A DNA stretch of 62,069 nt, filler included, from Globobulimina sp. (GCA_003354225.1; 30 parts of 30 records of this genome joined end to end with filler, not necessarily neighbours in it), one strand, 5' to 3'; shown: positions 45,603-57,466, counted from the first letter of the whole stretch. Made by a program: numbers and translations. The notes: generated by a model from the sequence alone, not told the origin.

Positions 45603-47573
45603 ACCCATTGTTTACCCGCGCAATTGACAACCTGCCTTGGATTCCAGAGTCCCTCATGTTATCTCTCTCGCAACGATCTCAGTATCATTAAGAAATCGAT
45701 ACAATCGCCAGGCAATAAATGAGCGCCGTGGGCACGGATCAGTTTAGGTGATATACTTAGCAATGGATATTCTGCAAACATGTTAATTACAACATCCATA
45801 GCTTGTTTTTTATCATCTTTGCCGTCGTCCATGTCATCGTTATGTGTTACATCCAGATCCATGGTATTTGCATCAGTGTTGTCATCGTTATATGATGTAT
45901 CCAACTCTTTGGATGTTGTAACATGTACACTATCCTTGCTGTGTTGCTGTGTCTTGGATGGGGTGGAATGTGGTGTATCGCCGCGGATAGATAACCGTTT
46001 CAACCGTGTACGCGTTTTGCGCAATACCATGTCATTCAAGACCCAGATTTCTTCACAGGTCTCGTTTTTAAACGTCATAAACGGCCGGATAGTCACTACA
46101 AAAAACGAATCTTTATATTCCTGTGCAATCCAACAATACTCTTTGAATTTTAAATAATGCGTATAATTGGTTTGTTTGTCTTTCATTTTAGGCGTCGGCC
46201 TCGCAGAAGTTACCTGTACTTGCGGTAAATTGCCAGGCGATGAGCGGATATGAATACCTTCACAATTCTCAAAGACATTGGTCAATAAACTCTGCTCCGA
46301 TTCCACAGAGGCTGTGGTTATGTTATGTCCGCCTTTGGGGGATAACAATTCCTTATGTTGTTCATCTTCGTCGTCAATAATTCTGTACAACAGCTCACAT
46401 TTCAATTTCTTCCCAAAACTCACACTGAATCTCTGCATGGAAGTAAAGACCATGAAAAAACATTGTTCCTTTGGTTTGATATATGTAATCCGCGAATGGC
46501 TGGAAAATTGTTGCGGTAAACGCCCACCAAACCGTGGTTGGTGAATCTTAATCGCCACAGTTTTAGTTAATATATTTTGGATCCGAAACTCGGGGAAAAA
46601 TGATATTTTCGTGAAATTATTGCGTAATTTCTTCTCAATCCGCACAATAATCTCACATTTAAAATCGGATATTTTGACTACAATTTTCTGTTCCAAGATA
46701 TTTGTGCCATTGATATTTTTGAACCGTTGATGTGGATTTCTTTCCTTATTCTGTGAGTTATCATCTTTCTGTATCTTTGTGGGGAACAATAACGGCGGCG
46801 GTGGATTTTCAATATCAATCTCAAAGGGATCGCTCCAATGTTCTCCGTTATCCACACTTAGTCGCAACCGTTGTTCCGCGGCATTCCACCAACAAAACGA
46901 ATGTATAGTCTTTGAGGGTAAAATGCGTTTTTGCGGTGTATTAATCTGACCATAATATACTGGCAAACTGCAATAATTTTCTAATACATATTCTGTGGTT
47001 GGATGCAACCCGCTGCTGTAACCTGGCAACTTCGTCTCGCGACCATATGGCTCATTGTATTGATATTTGGACAAAAAGCTTTGATTAGTATGTTGATATA
47101 AGCTTTGATTAGATATTTTTGTATATGCGTCATATACATATTTTGTTAAAAAAACTAATCTCCGGCGAAAATATAATTGGATATCGCCAGTATATAAATC
47201 TAATGAACTCTCACCCGTTGCGACAGTGGCCACAGTGACTGGCACCACTTGTTCCAATCTATAATTACTAGCGCCGCTGTTGGAGATCTTGTCTTTCCGC
47301 ATGCGAATTACTGCGCGAATTTGAAAGCTATTTGTTATATCATACAATGTCAAATCTCTATAATTTGGTGCAGTTAATTGCAAGCCAGCTACTTTTAATC
47401 GAATGGCGCGATATAACGTTTTCCCTTTGATAGGTTTCCAATTACCATAGTTGATCTCAGTTTTTTTAACATCGATATTGAACAAATCCTCTTCTACGCC
47501 ATTACTGGACCGGTTACATATTGTCAAATTGCTTTGATCTATTTTGAGCTGAATATGCGAGTACAATGGGCCG
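45603..47573 (-). CDS. VPS13 (VPS13B-like) internal fragment, VAB/SHR-BD region
   Basis: YVLENYCSLPVYYGQINT..FCWW..RLRLSV..WSDPFEID; F.P.FRIQN.L; IRPFMTFKNET. Confidence 0.7.
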
Positions 47574-47673
47574 NNNNNNNNNNNNNNNNNNNNNNNNNNN
47601 NNNNNNNNNNNNNNNNNTTAATTAATTAANNNNNNNNNNNNNNNNNNNNNNNNNNNNNNNNNNNNNNNNNNNN

Positions 47674-49071
47674 TTTTAAACATAAATCGTGAGAAATAAT
47701 GTCTTAATATGTCGAGGTCCAATGAGCTGTCAAACATAAATTCAAATTTATTTGCAATTGCGAATTTTGTATCAATTTGTTGTATGATACTCGCGCAAAG
47801 TTCTTCACTTTGCTTTGTAGCCAAAATATAACCTTTAATTTGTTGTTTTAACTGTGATAACTCCTTCGAACGCCATTTGAGGGTCACTTGTTTGATGGAA
47901 GGGCGGGAATATACGTAACGAAATGTTCTTAATTGCGATACTTCATATTCAAATCTCCTATTTTCTAAATTATATGCATATGTTTCCACTTTAGATCCAA
48001 TTTGAAATATCAAAGAAATAAGTTTATCGTTAGTATTTTGACTATTTTCTATAATTAGTTTTCTGGTGTTATATGTATCCGTAAACATTGGATAAAATGA
48101 AACTGTATCATTCATGGTATAGTGATTGGAGAGCATGTTTAATAATTTGTTTTTGATATATTTTTCTAGCGTGTCTGTAGTAATTGAATTATTAATAAGT
48201 ACACATTTTATTAAGCTTACTTCTTGATTGTAAACATCAAAAAAATACAATGCTAATACAAAATGTGTATCATAAAGAAACACATCATTCACAGCCATTG
48301 GTCTGCTTGCTTCATGCATAGAATCTAAAATGGCTAAATCTCTTTTTTTTTGTCAAATATAATTAATGATGATTTAGGATAAATTAGATCAGATCTTGTG
48401 CACCTTTTATATTCTCCAATTTTATCAATAATGATTGCAATTTGATATTGTTCTACAGCATTATTTGCTGTTTCTTGCTGCTCAAATATTAATGAATAAG
48501 TGGTTGCAGTATGATAGCGATTGAATGTCATTTTATCGTTCCAGGTCAATGCGTCTGTATGCTTCAAATCGAGTAATTTCTGCGCTAAACAAATGCCAAC
48601 AGAATATTTATTCATTTCCTTTAAACACAATATGGCGATTTGCCTGGAAACAGATTTAAAAATAAGTATTTCTTTTCGAAGTAAAAATGAACAAATATTT
48701 ACAACGGATTCATCCGATATTTTGCTAAAATATCGACACATTGTTGAATTTTCAGGTAAATGACGTGATGCATTTGTCAATAAAACTTTTTTGTCCGCAA
48801 CTCTAAATTTCTGTATTGTTTGGTGTATAATTTGATACATTGCATCAAGTTGAGGTTTTGATGAATATGTTGTCAAATATTGCAATAAATCTGCATTGGA
48901 ACCAAATACTTTTAATATTGGAGGAATGCAAACTGATAATATTTCATTGTTTAAGTCTTGTTTAATGTGATTTATCTTTGTCCATGAAAGTAATTGATCT
49001 CGTGACCTTTGTATTTTTATGAATGGATCAGTGGCAGGAGATGAGCCTTTCGCTCCTTTACATCTGTACAT
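47674..49071 (-). CDS. F-box-like hypothetical protein split by a -1 frameshift at an A9 run (48343-48351), 3' partial
   Basis: FSKISDESVVNICSFL..FKSVSR; the -1 frame RDLAILDSMHE continues into ORF 47618-48319. Confidence 0.5.
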
Positions 49072-49177
49072 AATTATTAAAGATGTTTAGTTCAGAGTTT
49101 TAATTGATAATTAAAGCCAAATCCCAAAATAATTAAAGTATATATATATAGTTTACAAGTCAAAATTCATAAATATT

Positions 49178-49644
49178 TTATAAATTTACAGCAACAGGCT
49201 CCTGTTGGTTTACATTGGAAACCTTTCTAAATTGATTGAGCATTCCATGATCCTCTTTTTTCTTTTTAATAAAGACGTGTTGGACTAAATCAACGTGTTG
49301 TATCCTAAACGCAGCCTCGCATGTCGCCAAATAGATATTCCATATACGATGTAAATCCTCATCATAACCATATTGCTTCAATTCAGCTTCCTTCCGTTTC
49401 CAATTCTCATTGACTATGTATAATATATAATATAATATAAATTCACAAATATAACATATAAAATACAGAAACGTTCCACATACAATTTTTCCTCCACCAC
49501 CATAATGTTTTGGCATAATGTAATCCATAAAATTCTTTATGAAGCTGAACTAAACCGACGTTATTTGCGCTTTCTGTGATCCAGTCACTGAGCAATAAAC
49601 AACCGCCGGGAAATATATATTTTGATACATATCCTGCTTTGTTA
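49178..49644 (-). CDS. Cyclopropane-fatty-acyl-phospholipid synthase C-terminus; intron 49414-49483
   Basis: KYIFPGGCL; GLHYAKTLWWWRKNF; GYDEDLHRIWNIYLATCEAAF. Confidence 0.88.
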
Positions 49645-49744
49645 NNNNNNNNNNNNNNNNNNNNNNNNNNNNNNNNNNNNNNNNNNNNTTAATTAATTAA
49701 NNNNNNNNNNNNNNNNNNNNNNNNNNNNNNNNNNNNNNNNNNNN

Positions 49745-50085
49745 ACTGCATCATCGTTTCTATATTTTTTACCGATTTGTAACGATTGTATTTCCTGATA
49801 CATATTCCGTTGCATCATTTCAATGCCTTTGACACCAAAGTTATCATAGGCTTGGCGCATCTGAGAGTTGCATAAGATTTCTTTGGCTCTGGTGATGGCT
49901 TCAAACTCCTGCCGAGAGGCGAGCAATGTGTTTGCATCTAAGGTGCGATCTGGATGGAATGTTCGAGAAAGCTTTTTGAAGGATTCTTGAATTTCTTCGA
50001 GTGTGGCATCGGGTGTTACGTTTAAGGTTTGATATGGATCGAACTCTTCCAGCATGTAGCTCGAATCTACCTCTTCATAAGACAT
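49745..50085 (-). CDS. DnaJ-domain protein (DNAJC11-like), 3' partial
   Basis: PYQTLNV..FKKLSRTFHPDR..AKEIL..RQAYDNFGVKG. Confidence 0.85.
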
Positions 50086-50152
50086 GCTGTAAAAGTTGAA
50101 AAAACTTTGTAACAAATAACTTAAAAATACAAATAAACACATTCAGTCATTA

Positions 50153-51715
50153 TTAATATTCGTCTAAATCAGATAGAGATTCATTAACAAACACATCATC
50201 CAAAGTCGTCCAATTTGAATTAAAAGCTACATTATGTTCATCTGCGTTCATTATTATCTCTTTTCCAGATCCATTTCCTTTCATATCGCCTTCATCCACA
50301 ATTAAACTCAAACCATCCAAGCAAGGCGCCGATAGTCGACGTCCTAAATTTTTTTTGCGCGATTTATCCCACGCTATAGCTGGGACTGATGCTCTTCGCC
50401 CAAATGATATATTCACACTCTCACTCTCATCAACATTTTTCTCAATCTGCACATGTTCCGTCTCCAACACTTGCGTAGTGGTGACATGTTCCGGCGTGAC
50501 GCCAATCAATCGACCAAATGAGTTGCCCAATTTATTCAAACTAGAGCCCAACTTAACAATCGATGAACGTCTGACCAATTTCGGGTTGGTATTGGAGGAC
50601 ACATCGACCACATTATGTATTTTCTTCAGCCACACATTGATATCATGTTTAGATTTGCAGGCAAATGTATATATTCTCGATGACGTAATCAAATGAAATG
50701 CGAATGCTGTCGGAATCTCCAGCTCGCTGAACTTCTCACTCTCTGTCTCCAGCTCAAAGCATGATTTTACATCAGCAAATTCAATGCAATGTGTTTGCTT
50801 TTTATTCGGAGCAACATAACAACGCAAAGTTACTGACGGCTCTATGCTTAATACGCAATATCTATGCGTCCAATTTGCGTCCCATTTACCCGCTTTATAC
50901 ATCCATCCACTGTGTCGATTAACATTATCCATCAAATCCTGCAGTAAATTATTTTCCTTTTCGTCGTTGTCAAAGCTTGAGCTCACTGTACATGTACTGG
51001 GCGAATGCACAGCATTGATATTCGCCACTCCTTTGGATACAGCATGTATCACATTAATCCATTCCGACACAAGTTGGTCCGAATGTGCCTGTAACCGCCA
51101 CGTTCGGTCTTTGGTTACAATCTCGAAACCATATAAACTTTTGTTTTTTGGATATTTAATTCTCCGCGTTTCAATCATATTTTTTATATTAAACGAGCCC
51201 GTGGTTGATTTATCGGTCATTTGTTTGAAATAAGCCATTGTTCCATCATCTGTTAAGCGAAAATAGCGCGGTTTATAGGATTTGAATCGCTTACCTTGTT
51301 TTTAGCATTATCGTGTTGGCAACGCTGAGATTAAATAATATTAATATTTCACAGAAACATACCTTGTTTGACTAACCATCCTTGTTTGTACACTTTGAGT
51401 ATTTTGCCCGTTTGCTTATCTTTTTTCTTTGCTACAATTTTCAAAGCTACACTGGTCGCTGTTTTTGCTTGACTCATATATGGCGCAATACGCGTCGAGC
51501 CTCGGTCTAACCATTCATCCCCTTTCCCGAATGAGGTGTCATCCCATCGCACATCTTCCATATCAAACATTAGGCGTACTTTGATTCTGTAGCCATCGGA
51601 ATCAATCACTGTCGTTGTGTACCACACACATTCTTCATCCAAACAGTCCAATTTCGAGCCAGTTTGCAATTGTTGCCTCCATGGAGCGATTTGCGGCTCC
51701 CATTGTTTGGATTTT
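50153..51715 (-). CDS. Tudor/Agenet-like + tandem PH domain protein, 5' partial
   Basis: GSKLDCLD..WY..DEWL..RIAP; KQGWLVKQG|KRFKSYKPRYF; second PH SGWMYKAG..WTHRYCVL. Confidence 0.75.
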
Positions 51716-51817
51716 NNNNNNNNNNNNNNNNNNNNNNNNNNNNNNNNNNNNNNNNNNNNTTAATTAATTAANNNNNNNNNNNNNNNNNNNNNNNNNNNNN
51801 NNNNNNNNNNNNNNNCA

Positions 51818-52408
51818 ATACGTCAACAATATTACGAAACGACAAAGTTACATAATCTGTTTTTGAATACAGATTCTTTCGATAAAGGATATTGCGAATT
51901 AAATATACAATCCGGATATGAATGTAACCAACTAAACTGTGAAAATTTTGGAGTTTGTTGTATCGGAAGTTTTGAAACCTACGAAGAAACTATGAAAAAT
52001 ATGGTTATAAAAAAAACCAACTGCGGATATGGATTATTTCTTGGTCGCACTTCGATGTTACGCAATCAGCATGTAATCGAATATATGGGTGAAAATTTAG
52101 ATAAAGATGGATATATCTCTGCGATGAAAAAGCTTTATCAAAAGAACGATTTAAATTCGTACATGTTAAAAGCAGGAACCGGACATTGGATTGATGGTAA
52201 AATAAAAGGTAATATTGCTAGATTTATAAATCATTCATGTGCACCAAATCTAAATTGCGTGAAATATGTAAACAAAATGGGTATGTCGTCAGTACATTTT
52301 TGTGCCGCACGAGATATTCAAGTAGGCGAAGAGTTAACATTCGATTACGGTGATACTTTTTTAGCTGGTCGATTTGCGTTTGAGTGTCAATGTGAAGTTT
52401 GTTGCTGA
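51818..52408 (+). CDS. SET-domain lysine methyltransferase with pre- and post-SET Cys clusters, 5' partial
   Basis: GYGLF; VIEYMGE; GNIARFINHSCAPN; GEELTFDYG; CQCEVCC. Confidence 0.92.
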   Translation: MRQQYYETTKLHNLFLNTDSFDKGYCELNIQSGYECNQLNCENFGVCCIGSFETYEETMKNMVIKKTNCGYGLFLGRTSMLRNQHVIEYMGENLDKDGYISAMKKLYQKNDLNSYMLKAGTGHWIDGKIKGNIARFINHSCAPNLNCVKYVNKMGMSSVHFCAARDIQVGEELTFDYGDTFLAGRFAFECQCEVCC

Positions 52409-52439
52409 CTTGTTACAGACATTTGTGTTCTATTTTTTC

Positions 52440-52494
52440 TATCCTCGCACATAATGGGGATCTTCCTACCTGTTGTACACTGAGTGCAAGGATA
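52440..52494. promoter_or_regulatory. Inverted pair of GTGCRAGGATA motifs (copies 6 and 7)
   Basis: TATCCTCGCAC (52440-52450) and GTGCAAGGATA (52484-52494) lie between the convergent SET and CSD genes. Confidence 0.55.
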
Positions 52495-52611
52495 AATTTT
52501 ATAATTATAATATTACATTTACTCAAAGAAAAAATAGTTGCAACCTAGTGCGAAAGAATAAATAGTAGCCCATCAACAAACTGTTTATAGCGGCGCGACA
52601 AGACACAAATT

Positions 52612-53566
52612 CTATTTACGATGTCGCTCACAATGCCACCGACGAACAAATGGCGAATCGGCCGAACTGATGTCAATCGCTTCCAATCTACCACTTCCGA
52701 TGAACCTCATAACATTATATATCACACGATCGTTCGTGAATGCGTTTACATCGATACGTGCATTCGGGCAACACCGTGCATTTTGATCATCCCATCCATA
52801 TTTCAGGCTTGACCAATGGAAAAAAACTCTTTCTCCATCTAATCCTTTAATAAATCCAAATGTCCGTTGATTGCGAAATTGCACAATATGGCCTCGACGA
52901 CGACCTTTTTTATCACATTCTTCATAATTTCGTGCAATGCGTTCCAATGGCGTTCTGCGATAATTCCATACAACATTATTCTGTGCGCCCCAATGACCGT
53001 CGTTCTGTCAATCGATGACCGTTGTGGACTTAGAAAAAACAAAAAATAAACTTAACCATTGGTTTTCGTTCATTTTTCGGTGGGCTCGAATTTCTATAAT
53101 TTTCTTCCATTCCATAATTTATTCGTCCTGACGTGTCGCGTTTTACGTCTTTTTGTTTCATTTCTTCATCACCTCGAGCTGTCGAGCGTTCGTCAGTGCC
53201 TTCAATTCCCATTTGTGATATGTAAAACACCACATCATCAATCTCTTTATTCATACGGTGTCTTTTTTCTGTCGCCATTACGACCGAATCTTTCCAAGCA
53301 TTGTCGTTATGGGTCATCAAATTATTAATTTCCTCAATATCTTTCCCGATCCATGCTAATTGTTCGCTCACGATTTCCAACTGATTTTTTACTTCATTAT
53401 ATTGCAATGTCACCTGAACTTGACGTTGTTTTGCTTTTGTTAAATTATCTTTTAATTTATCATTACAGTGCTTATAATGAGAATTATTTTTGGCGACATC
53501 TCTTTCAAACGATTCTCTGTCCAACCGTAAGTTATTAAGGTTAGCTTCATTTGGTTTGTTTGACAT
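52612..53566 (-). CDS. Coiled-coil + cold-shock-domain protein; intron 53005-53056
   Basis: CSD RNP-like motifs TFGFIKG..VFFHWS; a phase-0 intron gives ERKPM|NDGHW. Confidence 0.75.
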
Positions 53567-53912
53567 GGTAAAAAAAAAACTTTTGCGAAAAACAATTTTC
53601 AACTTTATTTTAAATGATATCTTTACAGTCATTTAACATCACAACTTTTCCGTTCCTTGTGACACATCTCTTTATATTATCTTTTCCTAAACGCTTACAA
53701 CTTTAAAAAAAAATTTCATACACCAGATTTTTCGTTTTTCCTGTTTCTACATAAGTAGGAGAGCCTAGGATAGGGTCTAGGAGAGTNNNNNNNNNNNNNN
53801 NNNNNNNNNNNNNNNNNNNNNNNNNNNNNNTTAATTAATTAANNNNNNNNNNNNNNNNNNNNNNNNNNNNNNNNNNNNNNNNNNNNTGGGGGGGCTTTGA
53901 AAAAATACGACT

Positions 53913-55418
53913 GTGGAACTTATAGGGAGCCAAATTAAAATGAAATATCCTAAGTCAACCAAACAAAAAAAGGAAGAACAACAAGTGGAACAATTAAATA
54001 TATGGGAAAATGCACATATTAATAATATTAAACATATACAGAAACCAACCAAAATAACAGTAAAACAGCCAAATCTAAATAAAGAACCACAACATAAAGC
54101 AGCACTATCTCTGTTACAACAAAAGATAAAACACCAAAAAAAAGAAGCAGACGCATTAGAAACACTAAAAAAACGTAGAGAATTAATACAAAAACGATTA
54201 AGTGAAATATCAGAGAGGCACAGACAACGACAATTAAAAAAGCAAAGTATGTACAATAATAACTATGACCATAGCAACCTAATCAAGCAAAGACAATCGA
54301 AATCCGAACAACCATTTATTTCAAATGAAACCCAATCAAAATCAAATACAAATATACAAAATAAAGCATTATCGCAACAATCAACACCATACAAGCAACC
54401 AAAACAATTCGTATCGCCAAATAAATCACAATCACCATCAGCGTCACCAATGAAATATGGTAATAATTCATCCAAAGCATCATCAATGTCCGTATCCCCT
54501 GCTACAGAGACCGAGGCGAATAATAATATGAATCCGCGACAAAGAATGGAAGCACGCAAAAGAGCCAAAGCAGATTTAAGAGCAAAACAAATAAAACACG
54601 CAAACAAAATTGAATATAAAAGTAATCAGTTACAAGCACAACATAATAAATATAATAATAGATATAAAAGACACGATGTCCATCGGGCGAGAGCTGTATC
54701 AGTTGGTGTATTTGATGAAATTATGGGGCATGATAATGATAATGAGGTTGGAGCTATGAGTGAACCAGCAATGAATGAAAGCAGTGAGGAATTACAAGAA
54801 GACGTTGAAGAGGATATAGTAGAGGAGGAAATTAATGAATTGAAGCAAACCTTAGCTCAGCACACCAAACAACTCGAAGAGATTAAACATAACATTTTGT
54901 TGGAAAGAAAAAAAAACTTAAGTGAGAGTGACCATGGCGACGATGATGACGGCGAAGCTGAGGATGTTGAGACATTATTAAATGAACAAGAAATGACCAT
55001 GAAATTGAAAACCATGAGATTTAACCAGGAAAATAATAATGCACAAAATAAAAATAAAAATCTGCATTCGGTTCTGCATAATGACAGTCGAATGGATGAA
55101 GATGAGAATGATATTGTTGATGACGATGATGATAATGTATCTGATGATGAATCGTCAGAGGAAATGCCAATTGGTCGGTTAGTTGATCGAATTGAATTTA
55201 TTAAAAAGAAATGCATAAATGGTATGGGATTGGATGGATTTAAAATTGCATATAATTTGATGAAACAGTTACAATTTGAAGAAAAGGATGAATTTGTTAC
55301 AGAAATTGATAATAAAATAAGACAATTGTGTAGCAATTCAAATGTATCCAAATCAAGAGTACAAAAGTATCGATCACTGATTGATCAATTGTTATTTATT
55401 GAAGCTAATTGTTCATAG
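53913..55418 (+). CDS. C-terminal part of a probable NEK/NIMA-related kinase
   Basis: Coiled coils plus the NEK1-like tail RIEFIKKKCINGMG..FKIAYNLMK..LIDQLLFIE. Confidence 0.6.
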   Translation: MELIGSQIKMKYPKSTKQKKEEQQVEQLNIWENAHINNIKHIQKPTKITVKQPNLNKEPQHKAALSLLQQKIKHQKKEADALETLKKRRELIQKRLSEISERHRQRQLKKQSMYNNNYDHSNLIKQRQSKSEQPFISNETQSKSNTNIQNKALSQQSTPYKQPKQFVSPNKSQSPSASPMKYGNNSSKASSMSVSPATETEANNNMNPRQRMEARKRAKADLRAKQIKHANKIEYKSNQLQAQHNKYNNRYKRHDVHRARAVSVGVFDEIMGHDNDNEVGAMSEPAMNESSEELQEDVEEDIVEEEINELKQTLAQHTKQLEEIKHNILLERKKNLSESDHGDDDDGEAEDVETLLNEQEMTMKLKTMRFNQENNNAQNKNKNLHSVLHNDSRMDEDENDIVDDDDDNVSDDESSEEMPIGRLVDRIEFIKKKCINGMGLDGFKIAYNLMKQLQFEEKDEFVTEIDNKIRQLCSNSNVSKSRVQKYRSLIDQLLFIEANCS

Positions 55419-55614
55419 TATTTAAATCTATTTAATTTTCATATTGCTTTCAAATTATTTGGTTATAGTTTCGATTGCAAACTAATCGGAATAACTGCGC
55501 AGTTTTCTGAATTCAAATATATTTATTATTGTATACAAAAAAATAATAAACAAATTTAATGTTAAAAGTCCGATTAAATAAAAAACAATGAATGAAATAG
55601 AATCTCAAATTCCT

Positions 55615-55857
55615 TTACAGATCGTTTGATTTTTGATCATTAGCAAGATGTGATAAGTGTTGCTTTCCTTTGACATAAAACATTATCGGTTTATTTTCAA
55701 CTTCGTAATCTTCATTCAGTGTAGATGCATTGACAAATATTGTATTAATTCCTTTATGTTTTGTAACACCATATCCTTGGTGAACATGTCCAAATATATG
55801 ATATTTAATCGTATTGATTGTATTCACTCTTTTTAATAAGTCAGCACAACCGACATA
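55615..55857 (-). CDS. Metallophosphoesterase (MPPED-like) C-terminus
   Basis: VGCADLLKRV..YHIFGHVHQGYG..FVNAS..NKPI. Confidence 0.85.
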   Translation of the reverse strand, partial: YVGCADLLKRVNTINTIKYHIFGHVHQGYGVTKHKGINTIFVNASTLNEDYEVENKPIMFYVKGKQHLSHLANDQKSNDL

Positions 55858-56022
55858 NNNNNNNNNNNNNNNNNNNNNNNNNNNNNNNNNNNNNNNNNNN
55901 NTTAATTAATTAANNNNNNNNNNNNNNNNNNNNNNNNNNNNNNNNNNNNNNNNNNNNAGAAACAGAAAAGGAGAGAAACTAAAAAAAAAAGTGTTCAAAA
56001 ATTAATATCAGATACGACAGGA

Positions 56023-56964
56023 ATGATTGAAAGAGTTATTAAAACAAAATGGCATAAACTGCCAAAGAAAAACAACACAAGGATCTCGCCAGTAAATATA
56101 CAAAAAATTGCATTTAAAAAGATTATGTTACAATTTATTATTGACGATAAGAATAATAATAAATTGATACAAGTTTTAAGTGATTCGAATCGCCGTTGGC
56201 CGCTGTATGAATATGTGTGGATTGTAAAATTGCGGAAGGAAACAAATATTGGTATCTCCATAAAATATGATGCTAAATATAATGAGCCACTACAATTCAC
56301 GCGCATTTATTTGGATAAAGAAAGCATTCTCAAACGACACAAATTGGCTGTTCCATCTTCGCATGAATGTCATTGTTTGGATGGCGTTACATTTGGTATT
56401 TCAAATTTAATAATCCATGGTCAGGGAATTGATAAACAGAATATGGAAATGGTGCTATTTTTAGCATCACGTATCAGTATGGATCCATTCAGACGATTTG
56501 TACAGCATTTGGCCTCAACAAATAGTGATATTAATGAATGGAAACAGAAAGCATTAGAGTTACTAAACAACCATCAATACACTGACGAAGAATACAATTT
56601 ACACAAATCCCCTGCAAATAAAACAATACTGACGAAGAATACAAATAAAACAGATTTAAAATCCACTCCAATATTAATGGCTCCATTGACATTCATTCGA
56701 CAAACTCCACCTCTGCATATAATAACATTTATGCAGCCATGGCCACCTATTAATATGCCTCATTACTATCCGCTAACGTTCCCTTTGGTATTTCCTCTAA
56801 TACCAAGCGCTACAAATGCTATATTCCCCATTCGCAATACCATTCAACTTCCCATTGTAACGTCAGGATACATGTACATTCCAACCAGACAAATTCAGAG
56901 TCCACAACAATCACAATTTCGGTTTCCACCACAGAACTACAGAGTAAGTTTGTATAAAAAATAG
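56023..56964 (+). CDS. Hypothetical protein with a Pro-rich tail
   Basis: 313-aa ORF; no family recognised. Confidence 0.5.
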   Translation: MIERVIKTKWHKLPKKNNTRISPVNIQKIAFKKIMLQFIIDDKNNNKLIQVLSDSNRRWPLYEYVWIVKLRKETNIGISIKYDAKYNEPLQFTRIYLDKESILKRHKLAVPSSHECHCLDGVTFGISNLIIHGQGIDKQNMEMVLFLASRISMDPFRRFVQHLASTNSDINEWKQKALELLNNHQYTDEEYNLHKSPANKTILTKNTNKTDLKSTPILMAPLTFIRQTPPLHIITFMQPWPPINMPHYYPLTFPLVFPLIPSATNAIFPIRNTIQLPIVTSGYMYIPTRQIQSPQQSQFRFPPQNYRVSLYKK

Positions 56965-57466
56965 TAAGTTGCGTAAGTTGCGTTATGTTTTTTGTTTTTT
57001 GTTTTTTCTATTATTTTAAAATAAATAAATATCTTAATTAATTATACTAATATTTTGTTTTATTAATTGGTTGCAAATGTTTGTTTACAAATAATTTCTG
57101 GTGTTTTACATTCCAATTTTGCACAATATTTATTTTTTCAAATAATCGTGATAAAATTTGTCTGTATATTATATATACAAACTGCAACAAACTGCAACTT
57201 CGTTGGGAAATTTATTAGTTTTGAATGCAACTATACTGAATGTTGATTTGTACAAATTTATTCTTGTTTGACGTACGCGTTTATTCAGCATACAAATAAT
57301 AAATTCCTTTTTTAAGCATACAAATAATAAATATTGCGGGTGTGTGTTTATTTATGATGGGAATGGAAACACAAAATAAATTTATTACACTGAAACGAAA
57401 CTGTGGTGAGAAAAAAAAAAATCAGAAAAGTAAGAAAATCCTTTTTCAAACCATACCACCTAAAAT

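Noticed and set aside
45931-45939. Partial motif TATCCTTGC in the VPS13 CDS
   Set aside because: Only 9 of 11 bases match and it lies in coding sequence, so it was not counted as a copy.
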